In this document: positions 56,773 to 64,000 of the stretch, in pieces
Numbering within the stretch: position 1 is the first letter of the stretch
How the letters are laid out: each line of letters starts with the position of its first letter
Assembly: GCA_964016885.1 (NCBI GenBank)
Contig: OZ024741.1
Coordinates: 155,620,001-155,684,000 of the forward strand
From: Eledone cirrhosa
Lineage: Eukaryota
Length of the DNA: 64,000 nt
Reading direction: 5' to 3'
Position numbers and translations under genes: made by a program
Notes under the pieces: generated by a model
Databases searched by the model: none
What the model was told of the DNA's origin: nothing
What the model saw: only the letters and a program-made list of their open reading frames with translations

Positions 56773-57607
56773 TTAATTGTAAGTTGTGATGTTGCTGTTC
56801 GACTCATATTTTCTATTTAATTTTGGTTGTAATTCTTTTATGTTTATTGCCTCTGTAATTTGTCTAAACATTGCGTCTTTTCTGTGTGTAAATTCTATTT
56901 TTATTTCTATGTTCTCTAATTTACCCTTGTGTTCTATTTTAGCATGTTGGTAGAGTACAGATGATTCTTTACTATCTTGAAGGTCTCGCCAGTGTTCATT
57001 TATCCGTTCCCCTACACTACGAGCTGTCTCACCTATGTACACTATATTTTTGTCTCTACATTGTCCTTCAGCACATCTTATGCTATACACTACATTTCTA
57101 GTTTTACAGTTAATATGGGGGCTTATTTTACAGGTTATACATTTCTTATCTATACATGAGGGTCTTTGAAAAGGGTATGTCTTGCTAATAAGTGTTTTTA
57201 CGGAGGTACCTGGTCTTTCTACTATCTTAATATTGAGTTTATGTTTATTTAGGGCCCTTCTAAATTTGTAAGCTAATTCACCTCTAGGGGTTGTATCGAT
57301 GAACATTACACTCTGGTATTTATTGCTATCATACCATGAGTTTATTCTATTAGCCTTGTTCCTAGTTCTTTCTATTCTATTCCAAAATTTGCTCCTATAC
57401 AAGGGGCAGGTCCCATTTATGTCATTATTTACCATTTTTTCCCATTTGGTTCTGGCTCCTCTATACACTCTGATTTTATCTCTCTGATTGTAGCCAGAGA
57501 ACTGCATACGGTGGATGAAGTGTTGTATGTGTGTCTCTAGTTCTTCGGGGTTGCACATGCGGGACACGTTTCTCATCACCCGTACCAAATCCGCAATCAG
57601 TATGTTG
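56773..57607 (-). pseudogene. Inverted duplicate of the PLE C-terminal coding region
   Basis: Differs from the sense copy at about 7 residues in the ORF track translations. Confidence 0.9.
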
Positions 57608-57609
57608 AC

Positions 57610-59462
57610 CCTGTCGCGGGACCACCAACACGGCCAGTCTGTGGAGCTAACATTGCTAGTAACTACGGACTGTCCTACTTCCTCTCCCTGATCATACGCC
57701 CCATCATCGAAATGTCCCCAGATGTATGTGACAGCACGGAGGACCTCCTCAGCAGAATCGGTGTGAGTAACCGATCTAGGGACCTAACAAACTGCATAAT
57801 AGGTAGTATGGTTGTTGTGTCCCTGTATCCATCTATTGACGTGGATTTTGCTGTGGAGAAATGCGTAGAAATGATCAGTGAGAGCAATGTTGAGTTCCGT
57901 GGGATTGATACCAGTGAGCTAGGACTCCTACTTAAATTTACCTATAGTAATAATTACCTAGACACATATGACCTTAGCAACCTGTGCCCTACAAACCAGC
58001 AAGAGGCAGACCACCTACCATTACCTCAATGGCCAAGAAAACCCACACAGATATATGGAACGGGTGGACCAGAGCCATACGGACACCCGAAAACCACGAT
58101 GAACTGAAGAAAATGATTGCACATGCGGTAGGGGCCAGCATAAAACTAACCCTTAAGGAACATATGTTCAAATTTAATGGAAAAACATATGCCCAAGAGG
58201 AAGGAGCAGCCATTGGTGTTAGCATTGCAGGCGACATAGCTAACTTATTAATGGTATGGTGGGACAGTAGACTTAAACTTAAGCTTAAAGAACAATTAGA
58301 AGACCCCTTAACGCTAATAATGTACTCCCGCTACGTTGATGATATAAACATCGTAGTTAAGACACCCCCACTAGAGAACAGTCAGGAACTAGAGAAAAAC
58401 ACAATGGAAAGCATCCAGCAAATAGCTAACTCCATCCACCAGAGCATTAGAGTTACTATAGACTACCCAAGTAGACACCCCAACCATCGATTACCTGTAC
58501 TAGACACAGAGCTCTGGTTAGATACCATTAATAACAAAAAACAAATCCTCCATTCCCATTATGCCAAACCCATGACTTCCAAACATCTGATCCACCGAGA
58601 CTCGGCCGTTTCGGACCATACCAAAATCAACATACTGATTGCGGATTTGGTACGGGTGATGAGAAACGTGTCCCGCATGTGCAACCCCGAAGAACTAGAG
58701 ACACACATACAACACTTCATCCACCGTATGCAGTTCTCTGGCTACAATCAGAGAGATAAAATCAGAGTGTATAGAGGAGCCAGAACCAAATGGGAAAAAT
58801 TGGTAAATAATGACATAAATGGGACCTGCCCCTTGTATAGGAGCAAATTTTGGAATAGAATAGAAAGAACTAGGAACAAGGCTAATAGAATAAACTCATG
58901 GTATGATAGCAATAAATACCAGAGTGTAATGTTCATCGATACAACCGCTAGAGGTGAATTAGCTTACAAATTTAGAAGGGCCCTAAATAAACATAAACTC
59001 AATATTAAGATAGTAGAAAGACCAGGTACCTCCGTAAAAACACTTATTAGCAAGACATACCCTTTTCAAAGACCCTCATGTATAGATAAGAAATGTATAA
59101 CCTGTAAAATAAGCCCCCATATTAACTGTAAAACTAGAAATGTAGTGTATAGCATAAGATGTACTGAAGGACAATGTAGAAACAAAAATATAGTGTACAT
59201 AGGTGAGACAGCTCGTAGTGTAGGGGAACGGATAAATGAACACTGGCGAGACCTTCAAGATAGTAAAGAATCATCTGTACTCCACCAACATGCTAAAATA
59301 GAACACAAGGGTAAATTAGAGAACATAGAAATAAAAATAGAATCTACACACAGAAAAGACGCAATGTTTAGACAAATTACAGAGGCAATAAACATAAAAG
59401 AATTACAACCAAAATTAAATAGAAAATATGAGTGGAACAGCAACATCACAACTTACAATTAA
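57610..59462 (+). pseudogene. PLE RT + GIY-YIG, 5'-truncated with one frameshift near 57990
   Basis: TRPVCGA, STEDLL, IIGSM.VVSLYPSID, GAAIG, YSRYVDD, LPVLD, YAKPM, C-x4-CITC..CKTRNVVYSIRC..VYIGETARSVGERINEH. Confidence 0.9.
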
Positions 59463-59663
59463 GGACAAAATGAAAACGCACACACACATAGAACAAACAA
59501 CCAACCAGTAACATGTAAATAAACAAATAAATAAATGAACATAAACACACACAGACACCCGGATGTGGCGCATACGCAGACTGAGCACACAACACACACA
59601 CAGAAACAAAATGGCGTAGGACAGAACAAAGGAGAGGCACAGAAACAAAGAAAGGAATCCCCA

Positions 59664-59706
59664 GTCACTGAAGAGGTCACAGAGCGTGTGACGAAAGAAC
59701 TATGAC
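59664..59706 (+). ncRNA. Type I minimal hammerhead in the PLE pLTR (mirror 56529-56571 has core CTAAAGA)
   Basis: GTCA-CTGAAGA-G GTCACA gagcg TGTGAC-GAAA-GAAC-TA-TGAC. Confidence 0.8.
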
Positions 59707-59854
59707 AATATATAAACAACTATCTGGTTGTGGAACCAACCAACCAGAAATTTATAAATTTATAAATTTATTATAAATTTATTATAATAATAAATTGAAG
59801 TGAAAGCAACTGGTGCGTGTGTTTCTTATTGGCAACATGACCCTCCCAAAGTAT

Positions 59855-59928
<74 letters not shown>

Positions 59929-59944
59929 ACATATATACATATAT

Positions 59945-60240
59945 ATATTTCCGTTTTGTATTACATTTGCAAGATTCTTGATATGAAATTGTCCGTAGAA
60001 ACAGACATTATTATGATCTGGGAGGGCCATGCCGACAATAAAAATACACGTACAATAGGTTTCACTTCATTCTTTGGTTAGTTTAGAAACCAGATAGTCA
60101 ATAAATTGCTATATTCAATTGTTAAAACTCTTTCTAAACAAACTCTCTGGCATTCTTAATGACGATTGGTGCTCCACCGTGTATCTTTTTTTCCCTGCTC
60201 TTGTCCGATTCACTCAAATTTGTCTTTGTCTGATTCTAAG
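59945..60240 (-). mobile_element. Old diverged pLTR related to 56312-56600
   Basis: Colinear similarity (GCAAGATTCTT, TGGGAGGG.CATG, TTTCACTTCA, AACCAGATAGT). Confidence 0.6.
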
Positions 60241-60354
60241 GCTCATTATTTCGCCATAATACATACATAGATGCATACATACATACATACATACATACAT
60301 ACATACATACATACATACATACATACACACATACATACATACATACATACTAAT

Positions 60355-63300
60355 AATGGCGACCGTTGTGGTCAGTGTCCGATAATCGGACGTGTGTAAT
60401 TACGGCTTACATGAAGGCAACATTCGATATATTGGAAAAAGTTGAGCTACATTACGCGGTAAGATTACATACAATAATTCTACATAAGTGTTTGAACTGT
60501 AAGTGTGTTGTAAAACACCTATTTATATGAACGATACATACACTTATGATATATGAACGATACATACACTTTAACATATAAATGCAACGTTGTTATATTA
60601 CATTTATAAAGAAATATACAAGTAACGTTTTCGATTCAGAAACAAAAACATAAGTGTTTGAACTGTGAATATGTCGTGAATAAGTTGTAGAACACCTATT
60701 TATATGAATGATACATAAACTTTAACATATAGATACAGCGTTGTTATATTATATTACTCATAAAAAAATATACTAAGTAACGGTTCTTTTTGTTCTCGAT
60801 TCAAACGATTCAAGAACAACGTTTAAAACACAGTTGTAGAATTAAAAACTAACTGAAAAGAAATATTACCCAAGCTGTGAATAACTTTAAATTTGATTCT
60901 GACAGAACTTTGTCGAAACTTTTAAAGAAGATCATCGACTATTTTGAAAAATAAATACGAAATATTAGTGAATAGACGAACTCATCATGGCAAAAAGTAC
61001 AAGTCTCCTTCGACAAAATCGCAACTACAACCGTTGTATACAGTGGAGCTACGAGCTTAACAAAGTATTATATGAAGCATACAAACAATCTGAACCCCAA
61101 AAGTTCGGTTTTATGCAAAGGCTAAAAACTTTATGGAACTCCAAACACCCAGAATTAGACTTTTCTCCAAAGCATTTAAATGAACAGGCAAAACGTATCA
61201 TTAGATGTAAATTGATACATCTAACGGAATTGAATGATACTACAAATACAGCCCTTGTAGACAACCACCCCACCTCCACTGACAGACGAAGAGAATGGCC
61301 AGCTAAATCTAACAGTGAACAGCTCACCAACAATTTTGCTGAAATCCATCCCACTTCCACTGAAGAACAGCGAGAAAGGTCAGCTAACTCTAGTAGTAAT
61401 TGTCACCACATCAACAACGAGGCTGAAATTCATGACTCTACTGAACAAACAGAGCACCAAAAACTTGTGGACACCCTACAAGTGATATGGAACGATATGT
61501 TTCAAGAGATACACAGCCTTAATGTGAGTGACAGACCATACAACACTAGAATCAGTAAAGAACCCACTAAATTGGAATTGGAAGCGGTGAACGAAATAGC
61601 TGGCAATTATCTGAAGGCTATACGATCTAAAGGTGTAGAAACGACATTTGAAACGCTTAATGTTTTGTTATATGTTTCAGCTGTCACTTGCTATCATATA
61701 ACACACATCTAAAACCACGCAATCAAGATACAAACAGAAAGCCTGAACCAGCGTGGATGCGAAATTTAAAAACCAAAATTTTGTCCCTGAGACGAAGTAT
61801 CTCACACATCGCGGTCGTTATGAAATGCAACATAGAGAGCAACTTCACACGACACCAGGAAGACCTAAAGAAATGGTTAGAGAGACGATTTGGAGATACA
61901 AAATTTAAAACTTTGAACTCCAAATTACACCAGTTGAAACAACTCACAGCTACAACAGAAAGACTAAAATATAAGTCAACAGCACATAAACGACAAGTGC
62001 TAAATAGATTGTTTGCCAGAGATCCTAAATCAGTTTATCGCAGCTTCGGTGGCAAAAGCTCAATCCCTGTAAACGACACCCCTTCAAAAGAACAGGTTGA
62101 GAGCTACTGGAGATCTGTATGGGAAACGGATGACGGATTCAACAGACAAGCTAATTGGCTAAAATAACTGGAACAGGACTACTGCCAACATGTCCAGACA
62201 AAACAATATGACATAGATGGGTCAATACTGGAAACAGCTCTACAGAAAATGTCGAATAGGAAATCGCCAGACCTCATTACAGGATACTGGTTGAAGAATT
62301 TCACTTTCTATCGGCAAGATCTCATACGGCTGTTTACAGAAACCATTAAAGGCACACAAGAACTGCCCAGATGGTTATCAACTGCCACTACTCTGCTCAT
62401 TCCCTAAAATAGCCAAACCACCCTTGCTAAAAATTACCGCCCAATTGCCTGCCAAAACATCATGTATAAATTATATACTGGGTGCCTTAACCTGTTCTTA
62501 CAGGATCACTGTGCTACCAACAACATCATAACACCTGAGCAAGCTGGTGGAAAGAGGGAGGTGTGGGGTTGCATAGATCACCTACTAACTAACAAAATGA
62601 TTCAGGAAAAAATAACAAAGAATCGCAGAAACATGACTGTGGTGTGGCTGGACTATCAAAAAGCATTTGATAGTGTACCTCATGGGTGGATTATTAAGGC
62701 TTTACAGTTAGCTAAAGTCGCACAACCATTGGTAGCTGCTGTTGAACGCCTGACCAAGAACTGGTACACCAATTTGATCCTTAGAGGTGAGAGCAGGTTA
62801 AGACTGATAAGAGAGCAGGTTAAGACTGATAAGATACATTACCAGAAGGGTATCTTTCAGGGTGATAGCTTGTCAGTGCTACTCTTCGTTATCTCACTGA
62901 ATCCACTATCTTACCTACTCAGGAAACTAGGTGGAAAAAGAAGTTGGCCCAGAAGTATCTCCCATCTTTTCTTTGTTGATGACCTGAAGTTGTATGGGCA
63001 AAATATCAATGACATCAAGAAACAATTGGACCTCATTACACAATTTTCAACCCAAATCAAAATGAAATTTGGTGAGTCCAAGTGTGCATATTTGGCAGTA
63101 AAACGTGAAGAGCTGTCCCTCCTCTAGAAATCTAGAGATGAACGGCCTGACAATACAACCTCTGTAGTCAGGTGACAACTACAGATATCTTGAACAGGAT
63201 GAGAATGTCAGATATGATGGACCCATAAATAAGGAGAGAACCAGAACTGAATACCTCAGAAGAGTAAAGAAAATATGGTCATCAGAACTGTCAGCATACA

Positions 63301-64000
63301 ACAAATACATTGCCCACAATACTTATGCAGTGCCAATTCTAACGCCAACATTTGGTCTGCTGAACTGGTCTTTGCAAGAACTAAGTGAGATGGATGTTAG
63401 AACTCGAAAACTTCTCAGTGTTACTGGGAACTTTAAAATCAATGGTGATGTGGATAGGCTATACTTCTCACGCAAGGAAGATGGCGGGGTCTAAAATCAA
63501 TATTAACAACATATGAGACCCGGATAGTAACACTGAAGCAACACCTTCAACAGAGGAAAAAGGTTGGCTACCATCTTGCCCAGGTTTATGAGCATGAACA
63601 AAAAAATATCATTAGAATAGCGACTGATCTGGAGGAGAGATATGGAATAAAGCCTGATATAAATCTCTCACCCAGAGAAATCAGAAGATCCTATTCAATG
63701 TTCAAACAAGTTAAAAAAATTGACCAATTTACAGAAAAAGTTGTGCATGGATACTTGAGGCGTAAAACACATACCATAGAGGGGATAAACCACTCAAAAA
63801 GCCTGGCATGGAGTTCCGACAAGTTTATGACATCACACCTTGAGGGATATCTCTATGCAATACAGGAACAAGAACTCCCTACCAAATATCTGCTGCACAA
63901 AAGAGGAGGGCCAGCAGCTGACAATAAATGTAGGCTATGTAAAACAAAGATCGAGGATGTAAGCCACATTGTTGCCAGCTGCAAAAGAATGTCATCTCGC
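60355..64000 (+). mobile_element. Near full-length R4/Dong RLE LINE family A (5' UTR + ORF from 60987, stops/frameshifts, runs off window)
   Basis: Begins after (CATA)n 60260-60350. N-terminal WSYELN..LYEAY..FMQRLK.LW; RT NYRPIACQN, WLDYQKAFDSVPH, GIFQGDSLS, HLFFVDDLKLY; CRLCK..SHIVASC at the window end. Confidence 0.93.

Larger units (their letters stand above)
56312..59858 (+). mobile_element. Penelope-like element (third lineage) with 1.2-kb inverted pLTR (56312-57607) and sense body (57608-59858)
   Basis: 56370-57607 is the near-identical reverse complement of 58628-59858. (TA)n on both flanks; the left arm extends ~55 nt further. Confidence 0.93.

Overview
AT-rich, microsatellite-dense eukaryotic repeat landscape. 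No host protein-coding gene can be supported. The SINE types, R4/Dong LINEs and (TA)n/(CA)n/(GA)n density suggest an octopod cephalopod (inference). Content: (i) at least five Penelope-like retroelement (PLE) insertions from about three lineages, two with long open RT+GIY-YIG frames and inverted pseudo-LTRs (45215-48917, 56312-59858); (ii) six or more R4/Dong-type RLE LINE copies, mostly in (CATA)n tracts; (iii) RTE fragments, two internally deleted mariner copies and a deleted Helitron; (iv) about 20 tRNA-derived SINEs. The main signal not shown by the ORF track is about 20 type I hammerhead ribozyme (HHR) motifs from about 13 unrelated sequence families, folded by eye. Most lie in ORF-less fold-back inserts in (TA)n tracts. 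They include U3-A8 core covariants, palindromic (dimer-type) stem III forms, HHRs with 55-90 nt stem II domains, and a roughly 450-nt ORF-less tandem HHR unit (retrozyme-like). Most listed short ORFs are microsatellite artefacts. Coordinates of degenerate repeats are approximate.
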